A model generated the notes under the pieces. It was not told the DNA's origin. It was given only the letters and a program-made list of their open reading frames with translations, and did no database searches. Source: Candidatus Latescibacterota bacterium (GTDB lineage Bacteria > Latescibacterota > UBA2968 > GCA-2709665). Taken from it: DNA of 64,000 nucleotides. Position 1 is the first letter of the stretch, and every line of letters begins with the position of its first letter. Of the stretch, positions 1-8,980 are shown in pieces. The translations under genes were made by a program, and so were the position numbers. Location: positions 4,960,001 through 5,024,000 of the forward strand of contig OZ250150.1 of NCBI GenBank assembly GCA_965237675.1, written 5' to 3'.

Positions 1-4
1 TGGT

Positions 5-128
5 TGGGCGTCAGTTTGCCCATCGGGGGTTAGGGACTGGGGGCGAAGTCTGCCTCGTGCGGCGGCTCTACCGCAAGGAATTGAAAGGGCGTCCCTCCAC
101 CCTAACCCCGGCGAGGAGGGTCGCCCTT
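5..128 (+). ncRNA. Candidate structured leader RNA (possible pseudoknot), perhaps truncated by the window edge
   Basis: Stem 85-98/115-128 (13 of 14 pairs). Its loop 100-109 CCCTAACCCC is complementary to 26-35 GGGGTTAGGG. Small hairpins at 5-22, 40-56 and 59-74. Lies about 40 nt upstream of the ATG at 170. Confidence 0.3.
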
Positions 129-169
129 CTCAGGCGGTGGATCCGCATTTAACCAAAGGAGTATATCAG

Positions 170-723
170 ATGAAGAAGCGTTCGTTGTTCAGCCTCGTCG
201 TGTGGTTGGCCGTCATCCTGTTCGTGCAGGCCAGTGGCGCCGAGGACTATACCCGCTGGAATCTGCCCGACGGGCCATCGCGCGCCTGGGCAAAGGAAGC
301 ATTGCCAGCGGAGACGGAGCGGTGGCCTGGTCCGCGGACGGCACGCGGGTAGCGGTGGCCAGCAGCATTGGTATCTGGCTCTACGATTCAGACACAGGTG
401 ACGAAGTCGCGCTGCTTACAGGACATACTCGGCCAGTCAATTCGGTGGTGTTTTCGCCGGATGGAAAAACGCTGGCAAGCGGTAGTTGGGACGGCACGAT
501 TCTGCTGTGGGATATGTCGCCTTATGTCACACCTCAATCCCCTGCTACCGACTTCGATGGGGACGGCACCGTCGGATTTTCTGACTTTCTGCAATTCGCG
601 GCGAACTTCGGGCTGAGCCATGGAGACGCGGGGTATGACGCGCGGTTCGATCTGGACGGCGACGGATCCGTCGGGCTCAGCGATTTCCTGATTTTCGCCG
701 ACAGCTTCGGCCAAGGCACATGA
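170..723 (+). pseudogene. Short secreted WD40 / dockerin-EF-hand protein, frameshifted near 272-274
   Basis: RBS AAGGAG and ATG 170 give a signal peptide and YTRWNLPDG. The paralogue motif AIARLGKG continues in another frame (one G missing in GGG), followed by a WD40 repeat and the DFDGDGTVGFSDF tail. Confidence 0.75.
550..723 (+). repeat. 174-bp dockerin/EF-hand tail repeat, copy 1 (others at 4157-4330, 8742-8915, 12974-13147)
   Basis: Four equal-length, highly similar DNA copies, each ending at a paralogue stop codon. Confidence 0.9.
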
Positions 724-839
724 GGCGCCAGAGACGACCGTACCTTTGGAATGGGTATTGACATTAGGCGCGGCCGGACAGCCAATTCATCCTCACACCC
801 TTTCGTGGATGCTTACCAGAATTTCGGGAGAATTGTGGC

Positions 840-2207
840 ATGAAACCCTTCATCGTTTGCTTATCCTTCGTGACATCGCTCTGTCTCCTGCTGTCGCCGC
901 GAGCCGTCTACGCTTCGTCCTCGGCATCCGACAGCGTGCATTACTGCGGTCTGTTCGACTACGAGCAGTGGAGGCAGGATCATCCCCGTCCTGCGGCCAA
1001 GCAAGCGTCGGATCTCGACGTGGGTGAACCGCGCACGGTGCGGATGATCTACTTCCTGCCGAATGATCGCGCATATCGCGCCGACGTTGTTCAGAAGATG
1101 AAAACATCAATTCGCAATATTCAGGCCTTCTATGCCGAGCAAATGCAAACGCATGGCTATGGCGACAAGACTTTCCGTATTGAAACCGATGCCCAGAACG
1201 AGCCAATTGTTCATCGCGTGGATGGTCAACACCCGGATAGTCTCTATATTGACACCACACATTTTAGTGTGTTCGGCGAAATTCGCCAAAAGTTCGATCT
1301 TGGCGCCAACAATGTTTACCTGGTTGTCATTGACAACCATATCAGCAGAATTGGTTTGGGTGGTGGAAGGCGGGTTCACGGTGTGGGATCCGGGGGGAGC
1401 AAAAGGGGTATCGCACTGGTGTCTGAAGAATTCAGATGGCACAGGGAAGGTGCACATGAACTTGGTCATACCTTTGGGTTGCAACACGATTTCAACAATA
1501 ATGGGTACATTATGTCATATGGCGAACGGCCCGATCGGTTATCTGCGTGCCATGCCGAATTTCTGGCAGTTCATCCCTACTTTAATACAGATATGGGCGA
1601 CAAAGATACACCTCCGCCAACTGTCGAATTTACATCCCCACAAGAATATCCGGCAGGCGCAGACAGCGTCTCAATCCGCCTGAAGGTTAGCGATGCCGAG
1701 GGGCTTCACCAGTTAATCCTTTTTGCTAATCCAACCGCTGGCGTCAATTTCGCCATCGGCGGTCTTGAAGTAAAGACGTGTCGTGGATTGGATGAAAAAA
1801 AGGATGCCTTCGTTGAAATCAACTATGACGGCGACATTCCTTCTGGTAGGAAATCGACTCTTTGGAGTCCCTATACCCATTCAATGCAAGTTAGAGCAGT
1901 TGATATTTTCGGAAATGTGGGCTTTAGAGGTTTCGACCTTACATGCAAAAACTGTCCCTTGAAGCTGGAGAAAATCTCAGGTGACAACCAGACTGGTGGA
2001 TCCCGAACCGCGTTGGCAACGCCTTTGGTTGTTGAAGTGCGAGACAGTAATGGTGCTGTGCTTGAAGGCGCCCCGGTCACGTTTACCGTCACCGCAGGCG
2101 ATGGAACGCTTGGCGGACGGTTCACTGTTGAAAATAAAACGACCAATGCCGAGGGTAGAGCACCCTCACACTTGGCCCAAGTCCGGGAACTAACGCCGTT
2201 CAAGTAA
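840..2207 (+). CDS. Secreted metzincin Zn-metalloprotease + Ig-like domain (5' part of frameshifted gene 840-4330)
   Basis: Signal peptide, HELGHTFGLQH (1455-1487), Met-turn YIMSY, Ig-like ISGDNQTG..PLVVEVRD. Homology to the intact paralogue moves to another frame near 2160 (TLTLGPSPGTNAV). Confidence 0.8.
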   Translation: MKPFIVCLSFVTSLCLLLSPRAVYASSSASDSVHYCGLFDYEQWRQDHPRPAAKQASDLDVGEPRTVRMIYFLPNDRAYRADVVQKMKTSIRNIQAFYAEQMQTHGYGDKTFRIETDAQNEPIVHRVDGQHPDSLYIDTTHFSVFGEIRQKFDLGANNVYLVVIDNHISRIGLGGGRRVHGVGSGGSKRGIALVSEEFRWHREGAHELGHTFGLQHDFNNNGYIMSYGERPDRLSACHAEFLAVHPYFNTDMGDKDTPPPTVEFTSPQEYPAGADSVSIRLKVSDAEGLHQLILFANPTAGVNFAIGGLEVKTCRGLDEKKDAFVEINYDGDIPSGRKSTLWSPYTHSMQVRAVDIFGNVGFRGFDLTCKNCPLKLEKISGDNQTGGSRTALATPLVVEVRDSNGAVLEGAPVTFTVTAGDGTLGGRFTVENKTTNAEGRAPSHLAQVRELTPFK

Positions 2208-2227
2208 CGCTTCCAGGTGTAGAGTCT

Positions 2228-4330
2228 GTGATTTTCAGCGCCGTGGGCATTGGAACGCCGCCACCCAGCACTGCCAGTGATTATCAGATATGGAGTTTAC
2301 CCAAAGGCGCAATCGCCCGGCTGGGAAAAGGAACGTCTCTTTACCGTGCTTCCAGAGCTGTTGCCTTTTCGCCCGATGGCCAGCGCCTCGCTGTGTTAAG
2401 TTCTATTGGCATCTGGCTTTACGATGTGGCTACCTCCCTTGAACTCGCGTTACTGACTCCAGAGCGGAGCATTAATTTTTCTTCTATGGCCTTTTCGCCT
2501 GACGGCACTCTAATCGCTTTGGGTTCAAGGGAAAATATCTACTCCCGGGATGGCTTTATTTGGCTATATGATGTTTCGACCGGACGAAATGTTGCCACAC
2601 TTGACGGATACGGTCAAGTCAATGCCATAGCGTTTTCATCCGATAGCAAGACTCTCATTGCGGGATTAGCAGATGGCAGGGTGAAGGTCTGGGACGTTGC
2701 AACACGGACAAATATCGTAACCTTTGAGCATCGAAGTAGTTATATCTCGTCTGTGACATTTTCGCCGGATGGGTCAACGCTCGCCGTGAGCTTAGGGAAT
2801 TTTTATGAAGACGGCATAGTGGAGCTATGGAATGTGGCAACGAGAACAAATATCGCCACACTCGAAGGACATAGTAAAGGGATCAATGATGTGGCATTTT
2901 CGCCCGATGGGATGACACTCGCTTCGGGTGGACAGGACAATAATGTCAAGCTATGGGACGTTGCCACTGGACAAAATACCGCTACACTTGAAGGACATAG
3001 GAGCCGCATCTACTCTGTGGCATTTTCGCCCGATGGGATGACACTTGCTTCAGGAGCGTGGCCGGAGGTTAAGTTGTGGGACGTTTCTACAAAACGAAAT
3101 ACCGCCACACTGCCCGAAATTGATGATGTCTATTCCGTGGCGTTTTCGCCCGATGGCACGACCCTCGCTGTGGCAATCGACGGCGGCAAGGTCAACCTGT
3201 GGGATATTGCCTCACAGAACAGCACCGCACTTTACAGCGACACTGACGTGATAGAAAGACCGACAGCCGTGTTTTCACACGATGGCGGAACCCTCGTCTC
3301 GGGTGGGAGCACCATCAAACTCTGGGATGTAGCGACGCGAAATAACGTCGGCACGCTTGAGGCGCATGCAAGGCGTGGTTTTGCTTGGTCATTGGCATAT
3401 TCGTCGGATGGGTCAACCCTTGCCGCGGGGTTTTCCGACGCTCCGATCGGCCTGTGGAGTCTTGATACGAAACAATATACGACCACCCTCAAGGGACATT
3501 TGCGAAGTGACGTCTGGTCATTGGCATTTTCACCCGATGGCACAACTCTCGCGTCAGGGGCCAGAGATGAGACGATCAGGTTGTGGGACGTTGCCAAAGG
3601 TCGAAATATTGCTACGCTCGACGGACATGTAACGAATGGTTCAGCGCAATATTTCTCCGTGGTATTTTCGCCGGGTGGGTCAATGCTCGCTTCGGGTGGA
3701 AAGGACAATAATGTCAGGCTATGGAATGTTGCCACAGAACGAAATTTCGCAAACCTTGAGCATGGGCAACAGGTCACCTCCGTGGCATTTTCGCCCGATG
3801 GGTCACTGCTCGCTTCGGGATCGAGGACATCGTCGTCCCGCAATGAAGACGGCACATTGAAGCTGTGGGATGTGGCAACGAGGACAAATCTCGCCACGCT
3901 TGATCATACGATTTGGGTCTTTTCCGTGTCGTTCTCCCCCGATGGATCCATGCTCGCTTCGGGTGGAAGGGATAAGAAAATCAAGCTATGGGACATTGCG
4001 ACAGAACGAAATATCGTCACGCTTGAGGGACATAAGAGCTCGGTCATATCAGTGACGTTTACGCCGGATGGACTGACCCTGGCCAGTGGTAGTGGCGACG
4101 GTACGATTCTGCTATGGGACATGGCCCCGTACGTCACACCTCAACCCCTTGCCGGCGACTTCGACGGCGACGGGACTGTTGGATTTTCCGACTTTCTGCA
4201 GTTCGCGGCAAAGTTCGGGCTCAGCCAGGACGATGCGGGATATGACTCGCGGTTCGATCTCGACGGCGACGACGCCGTCGGATTCAGCGATTTTTTGATC
4301 TTTGCCGGCAGCTTCGGCCAGGGTGCATGA
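2228..4330 (+). CDS. WD40 repeat protein with C-terminal dockerin/EF-hand (3' part of frameshifted gene 840-4330)
   Basis: WSLPKGAIARLGKG lead-in, about 14 AFSPDG..LWD repeats, twin DxDGDG loops. Confidence 0.85.
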   Translation: MIFSAVGIGTPPPSTASDYQIWSLPKGAIARLGKGTSLYRASRAVAFSPDGQRLAVLSSIGIWLYDVATSLELALLTPERSINFSSMAFSPDGTLIALGSRENIYSRDGFIWLYDVSTGRNVATLDGYGQVNAIAFSSDSKTLIAGLADGRVKVWDVATRTNIVTFEHRSSYISSVTFSPDGSTLAVSLGNFYEDGIVELWNVATRTNIATLEGHSKGINDVAFSPDGMTLASGGQDNNVKLWDVATGQNTATLEGHRSRIYSVAFSPDGMTLASGAWPEVKLWDVSTKRNTATLPEIDDVYSVAFSPDGTTLAVAIDGGKVNLWDIASQNSTALYSDTDVIERPTAVFSHDGGTLVSGGSTIKLWDVATRNNVGTLEAHARRGFAWSLAYSSDGSTLAAGFSDAPIGLWSLDTKQYTTTLKGHLRSDVWSLAFSPDGTTLASGARDETIRLWDVAKGRNIATLDGHVTNGSAQYFSVVFSPGGSMLASGGKDNNVRLWNVATERNFANLEHGQQVTSVAFSPDGSLLASGSRTSSSRNEDGTLKLWDVATRTNLATLDHTIWVFSVSFSPDGSMLASGGRDKKIKLWDIATERNIVTLEGHKSSVISVTFTPDGLTLASGSGDGTILLWDMAPYVTPQPLAGDFDGDGTVGFSDFLQFAAKFGLSQDDAGYDSRFDLDGDDAVGFSDFLIFAGSFGQGA

Positions 4331-4541
4331 GGGGGCGGGGTCGTACGGCGTAGTACATCTGTGCCCTGAATAACCCCATACGTCCTCCGCAGAGCTGATT
4401 TATTCCGGCGCTCGCTTTGAAGGGAGTATCCAAATGACACACCTGAAACGTGCATTGTTCTCGTACGCGCAACCAATGGCCTGCGCCATCTCACCTCAAC
4501 CTCGTGCAGCATTTGAGACAGACGTTCAGGAGAACCGTGAC

Positions 4542-7500
4542 ATGAAAACCCTTTTCGTTCGTTTATCCCTTTTGACGTCGCTCTGTCTCCTATTCTTACC
4601 ACTTGAGGTCGTCCATGCGTGGTCGCCGCCGGCCGACAGCGTGCATTACTGCGCACCAGTGGATCACGAGCAGTGGGAGCGGGGCCGCCCCCGGACTGCT
4701 GCAAAGCGGACGGCAGCGTTGAACGCGGGCGAACCGCGGACCGTGCGAATGATCTACTTCTTGCCCAGCGACCGCCCTTTTCGCCAGGAAGTGGTGGATT
4801 CGATGAAGACCGTGATCAAGCAGGTCCGGACCTTCTACGCCGAACAGATGGCGGCGCACGGCTACGGCGACCGGACTCTCCGCATTGAAACCGATGCGCG
4901 GGGCCAGCCGCTGGTGCATCGGGTGGATGGGCAACACCCCGATTTACACTATTACAAAGATACTCGAGGCCTTGTGGGTGAAGAGCTTGGACCGACGTTC
5001 GACTTCGCAACGAATGTTTTCCTCATCGTCGTGGACAACAAAGGGGGGTTAATTGGCCAGAATCCTGACGAAGCTCCGTATGCGAGGGGGATTGGACTTC
5101 GTGTCGAGAAAGCTGGCGGCTTTGTGTACGTTACCGGCAATTTCGATGTCGCACTCGTAGGTCACGAAATCGGACACGCCTTTGGTCTCCAACACGACTG
5201 GAGCGATCCAGACTACATCATGTCGTACGGCCCTGGACAATCCCGGTTATCGGCGTGCCATGCGGAATTTCTCGCTGTGCATCCCTATTTCAATCCCGAT
5301 ATTCCGGTTGAACAGGCGTCGCCTCCCACCATCACAGTTACATCGCCGCGGACGTATGCTCCAGGATCTTCAAGTGTCGCTATCCGCGTCGAAGTGGACG
5401 ACGCCGACGGGGTTCATCAAGTGCTCCTGTTTTACAGCTTCTGGGAATTCCACGCCTGCCGTGGATTGGAGGGTGAAGAGAACGCCGTCGTTGATTTCGA
5501 ATTCCGCGGCAGTACCTATAATCGTGAAAGCAATACTCTTACTGATGAACCCGATCAACCATTGTCGATCATTGCCGTCGATACAAAGGGAAACACGAAG
5601 CTCCATCGATTCACCCTTGCCAGGACGTCTCCTGAACAGATCGGCACGCTTGTTGGGCATACGAATACGACCAACTCAGTGTCGTATTCGCCCGACGGAG
5701 TTACTCTGGCCTCCGCTGCATCAGATGCGACCATCAAGCTGTGGGACGTGGCCACCCAGACCTTGGTCACCACACTCGAAGGGCATACGGAATCGGTTAC
5801 ATCGGTGTCGTTTTCGCCGGATGGTGGCAAGCTTGCGACCGGGTCTTTCGACGGTACCGTGCGGCTGTGGGATGTGGCGACGCGTACCGAGATCGCCAGA
5901 CTCGAAGGGCATACCCGTGGGGTCAACTCGGTTGTGTTTTCGCCGGACGGCCATACCCTCGCTTCCGCTTCCGCCGCGTCAGACGCAACGATAAAGCTGT
6001 GGGACGTGGCCACCCGTGCCCAGGTCACCACACTCGAAGGGCACACGGATTGGGTTACATCGGTGTCGTTTTCACCGGATGGCGGCACGCTGGCATCCAC
6101 GTCCTCGGACGGCACAGTACGGCTTTGGGACGTGACAACGCGAACCGAGGTCGCCAAACTGGAAGGGGACAGCCGAGGGATGTCCTCGGTAACTTTTTCA
6201 CCGGACGGCGCTTCCCTGGCCGCCGGGACCTGGGCCAGCACGATCATGCTCTGGGACGTGGCGACGCGCATTCTGACTGCCAACCTCGAATTCGAATGCG
6301 GGGGATGGCGATCGGTGGCGTTTTCCCCCGGTGGCGCGATACTGGCAGGCGGTGCGGGAAACTCAGTGGTTTATCTTTGGGACGTGAGAAGCCGTGAACG
6401 GGTCGCAACGCTAACCGGGCATACGGCCAGCGTGAATTCGGTAGCCTTTTCCCCCAATGGCGCCACCCTGGCTGCCGGATCTCAGGACTATACAGTCAAT
6501 CTGTGGGATACGTCCCGGTGGACGCGACTCCGTCCCTTTGCGCTGGAAATCATCTCCGGCGACGGTCAGCAGGGCGCGCCCGGGTCGGTGCTTGTCCAGC
6601 CGCTGGTTGTCATCGTCGAAGATCAGCACGGCAATCCCCTTCCCGGTGCATCCGTTACCTTCACGGTCACCGGTGGCGATGGCAGGCTCAATGGCCTTTA
6701 CACGTCTCAGCGTGCGGTCAGCGATGCCAGCGGCCGCGCCTCCGTTCCACTAACGCTGGGTCCTCGTCCGGGAACGTATACCGTGGACGTCTCCATTGGT
6801 AGGGAAGTATTGGCGACTTTTCTGGCCGAGGCTGTCGAAACCGGTATCACCGTCCTGGAGGGAGACTACGTGACGTGGGATTTGCCTGACGGGGCGGCGG
6901 CGCGCCTGGGTAGAGGAGGCGTCGGGAGCGGTGACCGGGCGGTGGCACTATCTTCGGATGGGCGAACGCTGGCCGTCGCCAGCGCCATCGGCGTGTGGCT
7001 GTACGAGGTCGCCACGGCACGCGCGATGTCGCTCCTGTCATGTCCCGATGGCGTGAGTTCGGTCGCATTTTCAGGTGGTGGCGTCCTTGCTTCCGGGTTG
7101 AACAATGGCCAGGTCGAGCTATGGGTGGTGCAAACCGGGGCACGGATCAGCACCCTGACCCACGCGGATTGGCGCCGGGTCACGTCAGTGGTCTTTTCAC
7201 CTGACGGAACGGCTCTGGCATCGGGATCAGGGGATCAGGTCGTCAAGGTGTGGGAGGTGGCGACAAGGCGTCTGGTTGCCATGTGGGAGGTGCCTCCGGA
7301 CGGGGACGGATACATCCCGAGAGGAACGCTGGCTTTCTCGCCGGATGGGTCGAAGTTGGTTTCGGGATTTCAGGATGGTACGGTGCGGCTGTGGGATATG
7401 GACACCCGAGCCGAGATCGCCACGCTCGAGGGGCACACGAGTCGGGTCACATCGGTGGCGTATTCGACCCAAGGGGACCACCTTGCATCAGCAAGCTTCT

Positions 7501-8915
7501 ACGTGGATGGTACGGTAATTCTGTGGGACTTGGCCACGCGATCACCCGTCGCTACGCTGGAGGCGCCGGGAATTTGGACTGAGTCGGTGGTGTTTTCGCC
7601 AGATGGCGCCATCCTGGCTACCGGGTCAAATAGAGGCCACATCATTCTGTGGGACGTGGCGACCCAGGATCGGTTAGCCTCAATCGAAGAACATGGAGGA
7701 AAGCCAGTCTCGTCGATGGCGTTCTCGCCGGACGGCGCTACCCTCGCCTCCGCGTCCCACCGGTCCGGCACGGTACGGCTGCAGGACATAAAAACGGAGA
7801 ATGCCGCCACCCTCGACGGGCACGCGAGCGTAACCTCAATGGCGCTCTCTCCGGACGGCAACATCCTCGCCACGGCAACTCAACAGGGCCGGATCAACTT
7901 ATGGAACACATCCACGTATTTCAGAATCGGCACACTGATTGCCACGCTCTCGCCGGGAGACAAGGGACCCTTTCCATATCGGTTGGCATCGGTGGCATTT
8001 TCGGCTGATGGCCGCACGCTGGCAGCCGGATCGTTTACGCGGCTCCATTTGTGGGACCTGGCGACAGAAACAAACATTGCTACACTCAGAGAGCATGCGG
8101 GTTGGCTCGAATCGGTGGCGTTTTCGCCCGACGGGTCGCTTGTAGCAACCGCGGGCGGGTGGGCTCCGGGGGGTGAGGATGCCACGGTGCGACTGTGGGA
8201 CGTGGAAACGCGATCGGTGGTCGCCGTGCTCGAAGGGCATACCGATGACGTGAGGTCGGTGGCGTTTTCGCCGGACGGGAACACGCTGGCCAGCGGCAGT
8301 CTGGACAAGACGGTGCGAATATGGGACGTGGCATCTCGAACACCGGTCGCCGTTGTCGAAAGACACACGGCTGACGTCGATGCAGTGGTGTTTTCGCCGG
8401 ACGGGAGCATACTGGCTTCAGGATCGCGCGACGGAACGGCGGTTCTATGGGACGTGGCTAAGCGGACACAAGTCGCCACGCTCGAAGGGAGCAACGGAGG
8501 CGTCCATTCGTTGGCGTTTTCGCCGGACGGGAGCACACTGGCTTCAGGATCGCTCCACGGGACGATGGTTCTATGGGGCGTGGCTAAGCGAGCACAGGTC
8601 GCCACGCTCGAAGGGAGCAACGGTAGCATCCATTCGTTGGCGTTTTCGCCGGACGGGATGACTCTGTTCAGTGGCAGCGGTGACGGCACGGTTCTGCTGT
8701 GGGACATGTCGCCTTATGTCACACCTCAAACCCCTGCTACCGACTTCGACGGCGACGGGACCGTGGGATTCTCCGACTTTCTGCAATTCGCGGCGCAGTT
8801 CGGGCTGAGCCAGGACGATGCGGGATATGACTCGCGGTTCGATCTCGACGGCGACGGCGCCGTCGGGTTCAACGATTTTCTGATCTTCGCCGGCAGCTTC
8901 GGCCAGGGTGCGTGA
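4542..8915 (+). CDS. Secreted metzincin - WD40 - Ig-like - WD40 - dockerin/EF-hand multidomain protein (intact)
   Basis: RBS AGGAGA and ATG 4542 match the paralogue starts (ORF also open from 4434). HEIGHAFGLQH at 5163-5195, two WD40 blocks separated by an Ig-like domain, EF-hand tail. Confidence 0.9.
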   Translation: MKTLFVRLSLLTSLCLLFLPLEVVHAWSPPADSVHYCAPVDHEQWERGRPRTAAKRTAALNAGEPRTVRMIYFLPSDRPFRQEVVDSMKTVIKQVRTFYAEQMAAHGYGDRTLRIETDARGQPLVHRVDGQHPDLHYYKDTRGLVGEELGPTFDFATNVFLIVVDNKGGLIGQNPDEAPYARGIGLRVEKAGGFVYVTGNFDVALVGHEIGHAFGLQHDWSDPDYIMSYGPGQSRLSACHAEFLAVHPYFNPDIPVEQASPPTITVTSPRTYAPGSSSVAIRVEVDDADGVHQVLLFYSFWEFHACRGLEGEENAVVDFEFRGSTYNRESNTLTDEPDQPLSIIAVDTKGNTKLHRFTLARTSPEQIGTLVGHTNTTNSVSYSPDGVTLASAASDATIKLWDVATQTLVTTLEGHTESVTSVSFSPDGGKLATGSFDGTVRLWDVATRTEIARLEGHTRGVNSVVFSPDGHTLASASAASDATIKLWDVATRAQVTTLEGHTDWVTSVSFSPDGGTLASTSSDGTVRLWDVTTRTEVAKLEGDSRGMSSVTFSPDGASLAAGTWASTIMLWDVATRILTANLEFECGGWRSVAFSPGGAILAGGAGNSVVYLWDVRSRERVATLTGHTASVNSVAFSPNGATLAAGSQDYTVNLWDTSRWTRLRPFALEIISGDGQQGAPGSVLVQPLVVIVEDQHGNPLPGASVTFTVTGGDGRLNGLYTSQRAVSDASGRASVPLTLGPRPGTYTVDVSIGREVLATFLAEAVETGITVLEGDYVTWDLPDGAAARLGRGGVGSGDRAVALSSDGRTLAVASAIGVWLYEVATARAMSLLSCPDGVSSVAFSGGGVLASGLNNGQVELWVVQTGARISTLTHADWRRVTSVVFSPDGTALASGSGDQVVKVWEVATRRLVAMWEVPPDGDGYIPRGTLAFSPDGSKLVSGFQDGTVRLWDMDTRAEIATLEGHTSRVTSVAYSTQGDHLASASFYVDGTVILWDLATRSPVATLEAPGIWTESVVFSPDGAILATGSNRGHIILWDVATQDRLASIEEHGGKPVSSMAFSPDGATLASASHRSGTVRLQDIKTENAATLDGHASVTSMALSPDGNILATATQQGRINLWNTSTYFRIGTLIATLSPGDKGPFPYRLASVAFSADGRTLAAGSFTRLHLWDLATETNIATLREHAGWLESVAFSPDGSLVATAGGWAPGGEDATVRLWDVETRSVVAVLEGHTDDVRSVAFSPDGNTLASGSLDKTVRIWDVASRTPVAVVERHTADVDAVVFSPDGSILASGSRDGTAVLWDVAKRTQVATLEGSNGGVHSLAFSPDGSTLASGSLHGTMVLWGVAKRAQVATLEGSNGSIHSLAFSPDGMTLFSGSGDGTVLLWDMSPYVTPQTPATDFDGDGTVGFSDFLQFAAQFGLSQDDAGYDSRFDLDGDGAVGFNDFLIFAGSFGQGA
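8388..8658 (+). repeat. Recent 126-bp tandem duplication of a WD40 repeat
   Basis: Near-identical units containing ctggcttcaggatcgc..gtcgccacgctcgaagggagcaacgg at 126-bp spacing. Confidence 0.8.
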
Positions 8916-8980
8916 GGCGCAACAGTGGTATCATCCCACCTCCAGGAAAATGTAAACCAATCAGTTAGGAGAATCGCCAG

